IMG/VR virus record: IMGVR_UViG_3300037631_003881
Span: 1-29,413 of that record
Reading direction: 5' to 3' (one strand)
From: a virus
Lineage: Duplodnaviria; Caudoviricetes
DNA: 29,413 nt
In this document: one piece after another, positions 8,160 to 17,584 of the stretch
Layout: each line of letters begins with the position of its first letter
Numbering within the stretch: the stretch's first letter is position 1
Notes under the pieces: model-generated
Told to the model about the DNA's origin: nothing
The model's input: only the letters and a program-made list of their open reading frames with translations
The model's database searches: none
Made by a program: the position numbers and the translations under genes

Positions 8160-8167
8160 TATAAATA
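8160..8167 (+). promoter_or_regulatory. Late promoter TATAAATA for the tail sheath gene
   Basis: Exact consensus. 38 nt to the ATG, with AAGGAAG SD. Confidence 0.8.
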
Positions 8168-8205
8168 GTTATAACGAATTATAACCTTGATGAAGGAAGA
8201 ACAAC

Positions 8206-11200
8206 ATGGCACTAATATCACCAGGTGTAGAAGTTACAGTAATTGATGAAAGTAATTACGCACCATCAGCAGCGGGCACTACAGCAGCAATTGTTATTGC
8301 AACCGCACAGGACAAGACAAGTGGAACTGGCACAGGCACAGCATCAGGAACAACTGCTGCAAATGCTGGCAAGACATACTTAATTGGAAGTCAAAGAGAA
8401 CTAACAAGTACTTTTGGAAATCCAACATTTTATAATACAGCAAGCGGTACACCAATTAATGGGTACGAACTAAACGAATATGGACTTATGGCGGCATATA
8501 GTATGCTAGGTGTAACGAATCGTGCATATGTAATGAGAGCAGATATTGATCTTGCTGAACTAACAGGAAGCAGAAATCGTCCATTAGGAAATCCAACAAA
8601 CGGAACAGTTTGGTGGGATGTAAGTTCTGATACACGCTGGGGAATTTTTGAATGGAACCAAAGCACTGGTACATTTACAAATAAAGTACCTACTGTAATT
8701 ACAAGTACAACAGATTTAGACACTGGAGTTCCTAAGACTTCGATCGGTGCTATAGGTGATTATGCATTGGTTGCAACAAATACTTCTAACCCAGTTTACT
8801 ATAAAAATCGTAGCAATGCTTGGGTACTAGTAGGTAGTGCAAGTTGGAAAGTAGCACATGCTACAATTTCTGGAACAGTTGCAAGTCCGAGATTTACAAA
8901 CGGAAACACTATTACTATTAATGGTACAACTTTAGCAATAGTTGGTAGTACAGTAGCAGATCTTAAAACAAGTATTAATAATGCAAGTATTACAGGTGTT
9001 ACAGCAGACGTTCATAATAATAAAATTGAAATTTATGCAAATGCTACAGCAGTAGGTGCTGACAGTCAAGCAGATGGTAAGATTGTTATAGCAAATGCAA
9101 GTGGAACAATCCTTTCAGATGCAGGCTTAACAGCAGGCACATATGCAAGTCCTCTTATTGCACAAGATCCGCATTATACTGTTCCAGCATGGAAGTCAAC
9201 AGACACAACACCTCGTCCAACAGGTAGTGTTTGGGTTAAGACAACTGCAAGCAACAGTGGATTTTTAGCAGACGTAAGTACATATAGTACTAGTACTGCA
9301 AGTTTTGAAAGTGGCACAGCAACGGCTTATGAAAATGATCAGTCAGCACTTAAAAGTATGGATGCAACTGGCGGCAAATTAATCACAGCAGGCAGTTATT
9401 ATACTCAGTATGATGTAAGTGAAAACGACACAGTAACTTATAAATTGTTTAAGCGTTACAGTGCAGGCGCATTGGAAGTTACAGGTACTATTAACAGTGC
9501 TACTCCGATGACCGCTGGAAATACATTTACAATTCAAGCAAGTGTTGCAAACAGTACTACATTGTCAAGTGCAGTAACAGTTGTACTAAGTGGTACATCT
9601 CTTACACATATGGCAAGTGACATTAATGGTGCAAACGTAACAAGTGTAAGTGCAAGTGTTAACAGTGAAGGATACTTGGTTATTTCTCACTCACTTGGCG
9701 GCGTAATTGTGTTAAAGAATGCTACAGGTACTCCTGTAACAGATGCAGGTATTAGTGCAAGTATTACAACAAAACAAGTACGTGCAGGTAACTCAAGTGA
9801 TTTAATCCTAAGTAACTGGATTGCTGATACATACACTGCAAGCACAAGTGCTCCAAATGCAAATCCGGCTGATGAAACATATTGGTATGCAAGTGGATTT
9901 GAAGCAGACATTATGATTCACGATGGTACAACTTGGAGAGGCTATCAAAATATCACTGACACTAGAGGATTTGCTTTGTCAAGTACCGATCCAGCTGGCG
10001 TTATTTTTAGTACTACTGCACCAACAGTACAGAGTGATGAAACTGCACTCGTTAATGGTGATCTTTGGATTGACACAAGTGATTTGGATAATTATCCGGC
10101 ACTGTACAGACGTCAAGTAGTAGATAGTGAAGCAAGGTGGGTTGCGATTGATAAAACAGACAATACAACAGAAAACGGAATCATATTTGAAGATGCACGT
10201 TTTATTGGCGACACTACAACAGATGTTGTAACTGGAACTATCCCAACAACTGCATCGTTACTTTCAAGCGATATAGTAGACATTGATCGTCCAGATCCAA
10301 CAATTTATCCACGTGGTATGCTACTGTTTAATACACGACGTAGTACATATGGTGTAAAGCAATTCCGTACAGATTACTTTAGTAGAACAAACTTTAGTGA
10401 TACATCATCTTATCCAACATTGCCAACTGAAAAAGATACATGGGTAACAGTAAGTGGTAGTACTTTTGGAAGCAAGGCAGTACGCAGTGTTGTTTCTGGT
10501 GCAATGAAATCTGCGCTAGATGCAAGTGTTGAATTGCGTGAAGATGCACGTAACTATAACCTAATTGCAGCACCTGGATATCCAGAACTTATTGCAAATA
10601 TGGTTAGTCTTAATAATGACAGACGCCAAACAGCATTTGTAATTGGCGATAGTCCAATGAAACTAGCAGCAACTAGTACTGCTATTGAAAATTGGGCAAC
10701 TAATGCATCAGCTGCAACAGATAACAACGAAGATGGACTAGTCACTAGTGATCCTTACTTGGGTGTGTTTTATCCTGCAGGCACTACAAACGACCTAGGA
10801 GGCAACACAATTGTTGTTCCGCCAAGTCATGCAATGTTAAGAACATTTGCACGTAGTGATGATATTAGTTTTGCTTGGTTTGCACCAGCTGGTACAAGAC
10901 GAGGTTTAGTTGATAATGTTTCAAGTATAGGTTATGTTAGTAGTCTCACTGGCGAATTTATAGTAGACAATATCAGAGAAAGTGTAAGAGATACACTATA
11001 TACAAACAGAGTTAATCCGATTGCATTCTTTAACGGAAGTGGAATTCTTAACTATGGTAACAAGACACGTGCAACAAGTTCAAGTTCATTGGATCGTATT
11101 AACGTAGCACGCCTAACTGGTTATCTAAGACGTCAACTACAAACAATTGCAACAGGATTTGTATTTGAACCAAACGATAAAATTACACGCGATGAACTGA

Positions 11201-11433
11201 AGCAACAGATTGAACAGACATTGAATGATCTAGTAGCAAAGCGTGGTGTGTATGATTACTTGGTAGTTTGTGACGAAACAAACAATACACCAGACAGAAT
11301 TGATCGTAATGAGTTATATGTAGACGTTGCAATTGAGCCATCAAAAGCGACAGAGTTTATCTTTATTCCGATTAGACTGAAAAATACTGGTGAAATTGCT
11401 AGTGGAAACGTAGCAGCATCAAATACAGTTTAA
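8206..11433 (+). CDS. gp18: Contractile tail sheath protein (T4 gp18-like), 1075 aa with large inserted domains
   Basis: N-terminal LISPGVEVTVIDES. C-terminal WFAPAGTRRG, LYTNRVNPI, SLDRINVARL, FEPND, VVCDETNNTPDRIDRNEL. Confidence 0.95.
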   Translation: MALISPGVEVTVIDESNYAPSAAGTTAAIVIATAQDKTSGTGTGTASGTTAANAGKTYLIGSQRELTSTFGNPTFYNTASGTPINGYELNEYGLMAAYSMLGVTNRAYVMRADIDLAELTGSRNRPLGNPTNGTVWWDVSSDTRWGIFEWNQSTGTFTNKVPTVITSTTDLDTGVPKTSIGAIGDYALVATNTSNPVYYKNRSNAWVLVGSASWKVAHATISGTVASPRFTNGNTITINGTTLAIVGSTVADLKTSINNASITGVTADVHNNKIEIYANATAVGADSQADGKIVIANASGTILSDAGLTAGTYASPLIAQDPHYTVPAWKSTDTTPRPTGSVWVKTTASNSGFLADVSTYSTSTASFESGTATAYENDQSALKSMDATGGKLITAGSYYTQYDVSENDTVTYKLFKRYSAGALEVTGTINSATPMTAGNTFTIQASVANSTTLSSAVTVVLSGTSLTHMASDINGANVTSVSASVNSEGYLVISHSLGGVIVLKNATGTPVTDAGISASITTKQVRAGNSSDLILSNWIADTYTASTSAPNANPADETYWYASGFEADIMIHDGTTWRGYQNITDTRGFALSSTDPAGVIFSTTAPTVQSDETALVNGDLWIDTSDLDNYPALYRRQVVDSEARWVAIDKTDNTTENGIIFEDARFIGDTTTDVVTGTIPTTASLLSSDIVDIDRPDPTIYPRGMLLFNTRRSTYGVKQFRTDYFSRTNFSDTSSYPTLPTEKDTWVTVSGSTFGSKAVRSVVSGAMKSALDASVELREDARNYNLIAAPGYPELIANMVSLNNDRRQTAFVIGDSPMKLAATSTAIENWATNASAATDNNEDGLVTSDPYLGVFYPAGTTNDLGGNTIVVPPSHAMLRTFARSDDISFAWFAPAGTRRGLVDNVSSIGYVSSLTGEFIVDNIRESVRDTLYTNRVNPIAFFNGSGILNYGNKTRATSSSSLDRINVARLTGYLRRQLQTIATGFVFEPNDKITRDELKQQIEQTLNDLVAKRGVYDYLVVCDETNNTPDRIDRNELYVDVAIEPSKATEFIFIPIRLKNTGEIASGNVAASNTV

Positions 11434-11445
11434 AAAATAAAAAAT

Positions 11446-11474
11446 ATGGGGGGTAGAAATACCCCTCATTTTTT
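11446..11474 (+). terminator. Rho-independent terminator after the sheath gene
   Basis: Stem ATGGGGGGTA / TACCCCTCAT, GAAA (GNRA) loop, T tract. Confidence 0.85.
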
Positions 11475-11487
11475 ATGACTTAAATTT

Positions 11488-11495
11488 GATAAATA
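11488..11495 (+). promoter_or_regulatory. Late promoter GATAAATA for the tail tube gene
   Basis: Motif directly after the terminator. AGGAG SD before ATG 11527. Confidence 0.7.
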
Positions 11496-11526
11496 CTTTT
11501 ATAATAATTATAGGAGCGAAACGAAA

Positions 11527-12144
11527 ATGTCAGTTTCATCATTAACAAAATTTACAGTCCCTATTGATGGTGACCAAAGTGCTGCAAGCCAAGGCTTGTT
11601 GATGCCAAAACTAAAGTATCGTTTTCGTGCAAGTTTTGAAAACTTTGGAGTTAGTACACCTCGTACAGAGTTAACTAAACAGGTTATTGATCTTACTCGT
11701 CCGGAAGTAAACTTCGACGAAGTGCCGATTGAAATGTATAATAGTAGAGCATACTTAATCGGTAAACACACTTGGTCACCAGTGACAGTTAACTTACGTG
11801 ACGATGTCAATGGCTCTGTAACAAAATTATGCGGAGAGCAGATCCAGAAGCAATTTGACTTTATGGAACAGAGTAGTGCAAGTTCAGGCATTGACTATAA
11901 GTTTATTACACGTTTTGAAATTTTAGATGGCGGCAACGGCGCTAATACACCTAATGTTTTAGAAACTTGGGAACTATACGGCTGTTTTGTACAAAATATT
12001 AACTACGGTGATTTAAACTATGCAAGTCAGGAAGCAGCAACAGTTGCAATGACTATCAGATTTGATAATGCAGTTCAAGCACCACTAGGTGATGGTATCG
12101 GCGCAAGTGTAGCGAGAACACTAGGTCAAACAGTTACTGGCTAA
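11527..12144 (+). CDS. gp19: Tail tube protein (T4 gp19-like)
   Basis: Follows the sheath. PKLKYRFR, GKHTWSPVTVNLRDD, ETWELYGCF, LNY...TIRFDNA tube motifs. Confidence 0.85.
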   Translation: MSVSSLTKFTVPIDGDQSAASQGLLMPKLKYRFRASFENFGVSTPRTELTKQVIDLTRPEVNFDEVPIEMYNSRAYLIGKHTWSPVTVNLRDDVNGSVTKLCGEQIQKQFDFMEQSSASSGIDYKFITRFEILDGGNGANTPNVLETWELYGCFVQNINYGDLNYASQEAATVAMTIRFDNAVQAPLGDGIGASVARTLGQTVTG

Positions 12145-12156
12145 TAGGAGCATTCC

Positions 12157-13386
12157 GTGGCTAGTTCTAATTCAAGTTTAACACCTTTACAAACAACAAA
12201 CACAGTGCGTGACTTTAAACATGCGTCGCGCACTTTTGTTGACAACAATTTTGAATTACAACCCAGACATGGTCATCTATTTCATGTTGTGTTTGAATTT
12301 ACACCTGATGCTTCGACACTGTTTAATACTGTAGATCAATTAGAAATACCTATCCTTGTTAAAAGCATAGACTTACCGCAATATAGCATAGATGTACAAA
12401 CACACAATCAATATAACAGAAAAGTACAAAGCCATCATAGTATGAGTTACAATCCAGTAACTGTAAGATTTCACGATGATGTTAAAGAACTGATTCGTAA
12501 TTTATGGCACAAGTATTATATATTTTATAATGCAGACCCGACTTATAGTTTAGATAGCAATGCTTATACAGCATATGACAAGTATAGCAACAGAGTACAA
12601 CAACAATGGGGCATGCAACGCGGAAACAAGCGTTTCTTTAAGAATATTAAAATTTATAGTATGCACAATCATAAGTTTGCGGAATATACTCTAGTTAATC
12701 CAATTATTACATCATTTAGTCATGATACGCATGCATATGCCAATGGTGGTATCATGGAAAATATTATGCAATTAGCATTTGAAACTGTTAAGTATGCAAC
12801 AGGATATGTTAATGATATAACACCGCGCGGCTTTGCTGATATACACTACGATGTTGAAACTAGCGACTTGGCTGGAAGTAATAACACTGGAACAGAAGCA
12901 TTTATAAATGGACAAACTGTGAGTGTAGCAGGACAAGAAGAAAAAGATCTGTTTCAAGGAAATCTCATAGGTGTTATCAAGGATGCTGATATAATTTATA
13001 ATACACTTAAACCGGCAACAACTGGAGATATTTTAACAGATACTCTTAGTATATTTACAAATAACTTATTGACAGGCAAGAAGCCTACTAGTAATATACT
13101 TGTTCCAGTAACGGGCTTGGCTGAGCGAGTAGCAAGTGATTATGCTGGCAATATTACTGATGGTATAATAAACTCAACAGAAAGATATCTAAGCAATAAT
13201 GTGTCTAGTCAAGGAAAAAATATATCTACTAGTAATTCTAATACTGTAAGTACTAGTAATGATGTAGGATATGCTATTGTAGTACCTGCTCAAGACGGCA
13301 CAGTAAGTCACAAGCCTAAAATTAGCGATGTTAACAAGTATGCGCAAAAATCAACTTATGTAAACAGTAGACCGAGCAAAAAATAA
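12157..13386 (+). CDS. Tube-fold paralog, probable baseplate tail-tube initiator (gp54/gp48-like), with low-complexity C-terminal half
   Basis: GTG start with AGGAG SD. LVKSIDLP..NQYNRK..YNPVTVRFHDD and YTLVNPIITSFSHD..Y parallel the gp19 motifs. Confidence 0.6.
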   Translation: MASSNSSLTPLQTTNTVRDFKHASRTFVDNNFELQPRHGHLFHVVFEFTPDASTLFNTVDQLEIPILVKSIDLPQYSIDVQTHNQYNRKVQSHHSMSYNPVTVRFHDDVKELIRNLWHKYYIFYNADPTYSLDSNAYTAYDKYSNRVQQQWGMQRGNKRFFKNIKIYSMHNHKFAEYTLVNPIITSFSHDTHAYANGGIMENIMQLAFETVKYATGYVNDITPRGFADIHYDVETSDLAGSNNTGTEAFINGQTVSVAGQEEKDLFQGNLIGVIKDADIIYNTLKPATTGDILTDTLSIFTNNLLTGKKPTSNILVPVTGLAERVASDYAGNITDGIINSTERYLSNNVSSQGKNISTSNSNTVSTSNDVGYAIVVPAQDGTVSHKPKISDVNKYAQKSTYVNSRPSKK

Positions 13387-13387
13387 A

Positions 13388-13759
13388 ATGGCACAAGATA
13401 CAAATTTACCAATCGTGAATCCAGCAGATAGTTTTGATCAAAAAGTACAAGATTACTTTAACAATTATTTTACTACTCCTGTTAAGATGACAGATATGGA
13501 ATATGAAATAACAAAGAGTTTTTTTATAAAAAGAACAAGAAATGAAGATGCAGCTTCTGCATTAACTGCCGCAGTAATACAAGCCGCAAACGAATTGAAT
13601 GTATATATTGTAGATTTAATTAGTGAGTTTGAAGGTACATCTGATTTAAAAAGTGCAGTGCCTACATTTTTAAATTTAAGCAGAAGAAGCTCAAGTTTAC
13701 TAGGTTACGAACAAGATATAATACCAACCACTAATACAGCACGACAAGTAGTAGCATAA
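13388..13759 (+). CDS. Hypothetical virion/baseplate-associated protein, 123 aa
   Basis: Tightly packed within the tail operon. TAATG-coupled to gp4. Confidence 0.6.
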   Translation: MAQDTNLPIVNPADSFDQKVQDYFNNYFTTPVKMTDMEYEITKSFFIKRTRNEDAASALTAAVIQAANELNVYIVDLISEFEGTSDLKSAVPTFLNLSRRSSSLLGYEQDIIPTTNTARQVVA

Positions 13760-14199
13760 TGTTTAGTCGCAACAAGTATGCCAATGGTATATATGAAGTG
13801 CAAAACTCAAATAAGTACAGCGGAACTAAAGCACCCAGATATCGCAGTGGCTGGGAGCATGCGTTTATGAGATTTTGCGACAATCATCCTGGTGTAGTAA
13901 GTTGGGCAAGTGAAGGAATACAAATACCTTATCGTAATCCATTAACAGGAAAAGGAACAGTATATGTACCTGATTTTGTTGTTGTATACCAAGATAAAAA
14001 AGGCAAAAAACACGCCGAACTTATAGAAATTAAACCCAAAGCACAAACTATGCTAACTGAAAAAACTCGTGAAAAAGAGAAACTTGCTATAGCAATAAAT
14101 CATGCTAAGTGGGAAGCAGCCGCAAAATGGGCAAAACACAAAGGCATGCGTTTTAGAGTTGTTACTGAAGATGATATTTTTCATAACGGTAAGCGTTAG
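13759..14199 (+). CDS. gp4: Head completion nuclease (T4 gp4-like, TnsA-type PD-(D/E)xK fold)
   Basis: KYSG...YRSGWE..FM.FCD, WASE..IPY, YVPDF, EIKP, N.AKWEAA, FRVVTEDD. Confidence 0.9.
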   Translation: MFSRNKYANGIYEVQNSNKYSGTKAPRYRSGWEHAFMRFCDNHPGVVSWASEGIQIPYRNPLTGKGTVYVPDFVVVYQDKKGKKHAELIEIKPKAQTMLTEKTREKEKLAIAINHAKWEAAAKWAKHKGMRFRVVTEDDIFHNGKR

Positions 14200-14213
14200 G
14201 ACTAAGTATTAAT

Positions 14214-14759
14214 ATGACAAAGAAACTAGAAGAGCTATTTGATTTACCAGAATCAAATCAAATTGACATCACAAAAGAAGAAAACAGCGTAATTACTGAT
14301 ATTATTGCAGAGGACAGAGACGTAGTACTTCCCGATACTCCAACTAATACAGTAACGGAAATGCAATCTGCACTTGAAAAAGTAGATAAAATTGATGCAG
14401 CACTACCAAGTGTTCGTCAACTAGATACTAGTGATGAAGAAATGGATGACATTGCACAACTTGCACAGGATACATTTAAGGATCTTATGGATCTGGGTAT
14501 GAATGTAGAAGCACGTTTTAGTGGTGAAATATTCAGCAATGCTAGTCGCATGCTTGATACCGCACTTAGTGCTAAGAGTGCAAAGATCAATAAAAAACTA
14601 CGAATGGTTGACTTACAACTTAAAAAAGCAACACTGGATGCACGTCTTGCTAAAGAAGCAAAAGCAAACGGTGAAGAAACACAAGAAGGTGACGGTCAAG
14701 TACTTGATCGTAATCAACTATTAATGGAAATTCTAGGTAGAAACAATAAAGGCGAATAA
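14214..14759 (+). CDS. Probable terminase small subunit (gp16-like)
   Basis: Helical, 181 aa. Central DLMDLG...ARFSGEIF..ASRML helices and C-terminal DRNQLL resemble the T4-like TerS layout. Follows gp4. CTAAGTA lies 5 nt before the ATG. Confidence 0.5.
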   Translation: MTKKLEELFDLPESNQIDITKEENSVITDIIAEDRDVVLPDTPTNTVTEMQSALEKVDKIDAALPSVRQLDTSDEEMDDIAQLAQDTFKDLMDLGMNVEARFSGEIFSNASRMLDTALSAKSAKINKKLRMVDLQLKKATLDARLAKEAKANGEETQEGDGQVLDRNQLLMEILGRNNKGE

Positions 14760-16231
14760 TGCACGACTTCAGTATACTTGTTAGTATATCAATTGAAGAT
14801 TTAGAAAAAAGTCCAAGTAGCACACTTTATCGTATACTTTCATCAATTAAAAAACAAGAATTTGATAGCAATGAAAGAATATTGTTTACTTGCTATAATA
14901 AAGTTAAACAAGAAACATTAGATTATATTAATTGGTGCCTTAATCACAACGATATACCTATGTTTTTTGTTGCACTAAGCACTAATCAAAGTGTAGTTAA
15001 AGACTTTTTTATTGATATCGATGATATAATTACTATAATCGAGGATAAAATATCTGTACCTGTTACTGAAAAAACAGCAGATCCTCTTTTTGCTAATCCA
15101 CATTTGTGTCCGCATGTATGGGCAGGTTTTCATGTTTGGCCCGCGGGCAATATTAGCCCGTGCTGTGACTATACTGGGTACTTAGACGATTTAAATATAA
15201 AAAACGATAATTTTGAAGATATACTATATAGCGATCAAATGTCTAAACTAAGAGATCAGTTTAGGAACAATGAGATACCAGAAGGATGTTTGCAATGTAT
15301 CAGTAAAGAATCTTATGGTCTTAGCCGCAGAACTATTGCACAACATAAAATGAAAAATATAATAGGCTTCATAGACTATGAATCTGAAGGAGAACTATTG
15401 TACATGGGCGGACACTTAGGAAACTTATGTAATCTAAAATGTAGAATATGTCACCCTTCATTAAGTTCAGGTATTGCTGCAGAAGAAATACGCCACGGGG
15501 ATGAAAAAGCACGTGCGAGAGCAAAAACATATTCTAAAGTTAACCGATGGTCTAAGAACAGTCAAGATTATTGGGATGAACTTAAATCTCACCGAGGAGT
15601 ATGTAATATAGAGTTTTTAGGCGGCGAACCTTTGTTGCTTAAAGAGTATATGGATTATATACAATGGTTAGTTGATGAAGATCTAAGTCGTGGTGTAATG
15701 ATCGAACTTACTACTAATGGCACAATATTGCCGGAAGTGATAGAAAAACATGCAAATAAGTTCTTGCATATTGGTATTACATTTAGTATTGATAATATCG
15801 GTGAGCGTTTTGAATTAGAGAGAAGTGGCGCTAGTTGGGCAGATGTTGAAAAAAATGTAAAATATATGCTAGGGATAGATACATGTAGTGTAGGCATTAA
15901 TACTACAGTAAACATACAAAATGCATATTATATTCCAGAACTACTTGACTGGGCAGACGAAGTTGGAATACATTATCATAGTTTGAACTTGCTAGTGCTT
16001 CCTACGTACTTGTCTTTAAGTAATGTAATGCCTAGTTATGTTAAACCTACAATTGACAAATTAAAAACTTATAAAGATCAAAGCAAAGTTCAGCATATTA
16101 TAGATTGTCTGGAACAGTCTAATCCTACTGACGGTGACGAATTCTTTTCATATATGAACTATAAAGATAAAATTAGAAATGAAAAATTTTCCGAATCTCA
16201 TCCAGAGGTGTCAGCAATACTGAAAAAATAA
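14759..16231 (+). CDS. Radical SAM protein with N-terminal Twitch/SPASM-like Cys cluster (copy 1)
   Basis: CNLKCRIC (CxxxCxxC), FLGGEPLL, TTNGT, FSID. Upstream CPHVW..SPCC..GCLQC. Extra ~110-aa N-terminal domain. Confidence 0.9.
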   Translation: MHDFSILVSISIEDLEKSPSSTLYRILSSIKKQEFDSNERILFTCYNKVKQETLDYINWCLNHNDIPMFFVALSTNQSVVKDFFIDIDDIITIIEDKISVPVTEKTADPLFANPHLCPHVWAGFHVWPAGNISPCCDYTGYLDDLNIKNDNFEDILYSDQMSKLRDQFRNNEIPEGCLQCISKESYGLSRRTIAQHKMKNIIGFIDYESEGELLYMGGHLGNLCNLKCRICHPSLSSGIAAEEIRHGDEKARARAKTYSKVNRWSKNSQDYWDELKSHRGVCNIEFLGGEPLLLKEYMDYIQWLVDEDLSRGVMIELTTNGTILPEVIEKHANKFLHIGITFSIDNIGERFELERSGASWADVEKNVKYMLGIDTCSVGINTTVNIQNAYYIPELLDWADEVGIHYHSLNLLVLPTYLSLSNVMPSYVKPTIDKLKTYKDQSKVQHIIDCLEQSNPTDGDEFFSYMNYKDKIRNEKFSESHPEVSAILKK

Positions 16232-16240
16232 TCTAAAAGT

Positions 16241-16248
16241 AATAAATA
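16241..16248 (+). promoter_or_regulatory. Late promoter AATAAATA
   Basis: 25 nt before ATG 16274, with AAGGA SD. Confidence 0.65.
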
Positions 16249-16273
16249 CACTATTACATTAAGGAATAACCAA

Positions 16274-16759
16274 ATGAAAAGTTTAAAAAGTTACCTAGTA
16301 GAGAGTGAGCAAACCTACAAATTTCGCATCAAATTAGCCAATATGCTAAACGATGAGATGATGGATTCTTTAGAAACGGCACTTGAAAAATATGAAGTTG
16401 CTAGTATGTCTAAGCCTAAAAAGACTCCAATTCAAGAACACCCAATGGACTTTCAAACATTACAAAATGCAGAAGTGTTTATCATGGACGCAGAACTAAA
16501 GTACCCAGTTACAGCGCATCAGTTGTACACATACATTAGTGAAGTAGTTGGTGTTCCTGCAAGTCATCTAGTAGTTATTAACAGTGACCATCCTGAAGAA
16601 ATTGCACGTGAAGAAGCAATCAAAGAGGAAGAGTACGAAGCATTGCTTGGCAGTGACTACAAAGACGAAAAGCATGATGCTACATACGGTGACGAATACA
16701 ATGAAAATATGTTAAAACAACTTGAAACTCGCAAATACGAGTTTGCTAAAAAGGAATAG
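16274..16759 (+). CDS. Probable internal head/prohead-core-associated protein, 161 aa
   Basis: N-terminus MKSLKSYLVE resembles the T4 internal-protein capsid-targeting leader. Acidic. Late promoter. Confidence 0.55.
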   Translation: MKSLKSYLVESEQTYKFRIKLANMLNDEMMDSLETALEKYEVASMSKPKKTPIQEHPMDFQTLQNAEVFIMDAELKYPVTAHQLYTYISEVVGVPASHLVVINSDHPEEIAREEAIKEEEYEALLGSDYKDEKHDATYGDEYNENMLKQLETRKYEFAKKE

Positions 16760-16763
16760 AAAA

Positions 16764-17519
16764 ATGAATTTTAATGAACTAAGAAGCAAATTAGATGCAA
16801 TTGCTGAAGAACTAGAAGAGATGAAAGTTGTTGAAGCAGACATTGAAGAAACCGAAATTGAAGAAGAAGCTGAAGTAGTTGAAGATGAGCCTTCAGCACT
16901 TGATATTGCTAAAATGGATCCAGAAACACGCTTGCGTTATAAAATGGCACTAAGAGATAAAAGTGCTGGCCCGGATAAGCGCACAAGTGCTGAAAAAGCA
17001 GCAGATATGTCAGCTGCACAAGCAAAAATTGCACAACAAAAAGCAAGTTTTGATAAGCCTGAAACAGATACATATGGCGATCGTTTAGCTAAACAATTGA
17101 AAATGAAGCAACAGCGTGCTGCATATAATAAAGCAGTATCAGACATGGGCGGTAAACCTAGTAAATCAAAGTTTTCATTTGAAGATGAGCAAATTGAAGA
17201 AGCAACTGTAGAAGTTCCAGTACAGGAACTTGCTGATATCATGAAACTAGCAGGTTATGAAAACTATTCAGACAAGATTGAAGAGTATGCTAACGAACCA
17301 GAAGAAGAGTACAGCGATGTTGAAGATCAGATGATTGGTCTAAGTGGTGGACTTAATGGTCCTAAGAAAGCATTTGCAGCAGCAGCAGGCGGTGATAATC
17401 CAATGGATCAAGAGCCAACTGAAATTGAAGAAGATGCAATTACTACTGTAGAAGAATCACTTTACAAAAGTTATAAGCAATTCTTAGAAGAAGCAGAAAT
17501 TAACGAAGAAAAAGAATAA
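16764..17519 (+). CDS. Highly acidic protein, probable prohead core/scaffold or internal protein
   Basis: ATG 16764 with AAGGA SD. Very Glu-rich, with many (I/L/V)-x-E motifs typical of prohead-protease substrates. Confidence 0.55.
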   Translation: MNFNELRSKLDAIAEELEEMKVVEADIEETEIEEEAEVVEDEPSALDIAKMDPETRLRYKMALRDKSAGPDKRTSAEKAADMSAAQAKIAQQKASFDKPETDTYGDRLAKQLKMKQQRAAYNKAVSDMGGKPSKSKFSFEDEQIEEATVEVPVQELADIMKLAGYENYSDKIEEYANEPEEEYSDVEDQMIGLSGGLNGPKKAFAAAAGGDNPMDQEPTEIEEDAITTVEESLYKSYKQFLEEAEINEEKE

Positions 17520-17541
17520 TAAAAAACTAATTGACTAATAT

Positions 17542-17576
17542 AAAAGCGGCTATATACATGTAGTCGCTTTTTTTAT
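17542..17576 (+). terminator. Rho-independent terminator (possibly bidirectional)
   Basis: AAAAGCGGCTA ... TAGTCGCTTTT stem with one G-U pair, followed by a T7 tract. Confidence 0.75.
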
Positions 17577-17584
17577 GGAAAAAT

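Noticed and set aside
13759-14199. Tn7-like transposase TnsA
   Set aside because: Same fold, but the motifs and context match the gp4 head-completion protein. No TnsB, TnsC or transposon ends.
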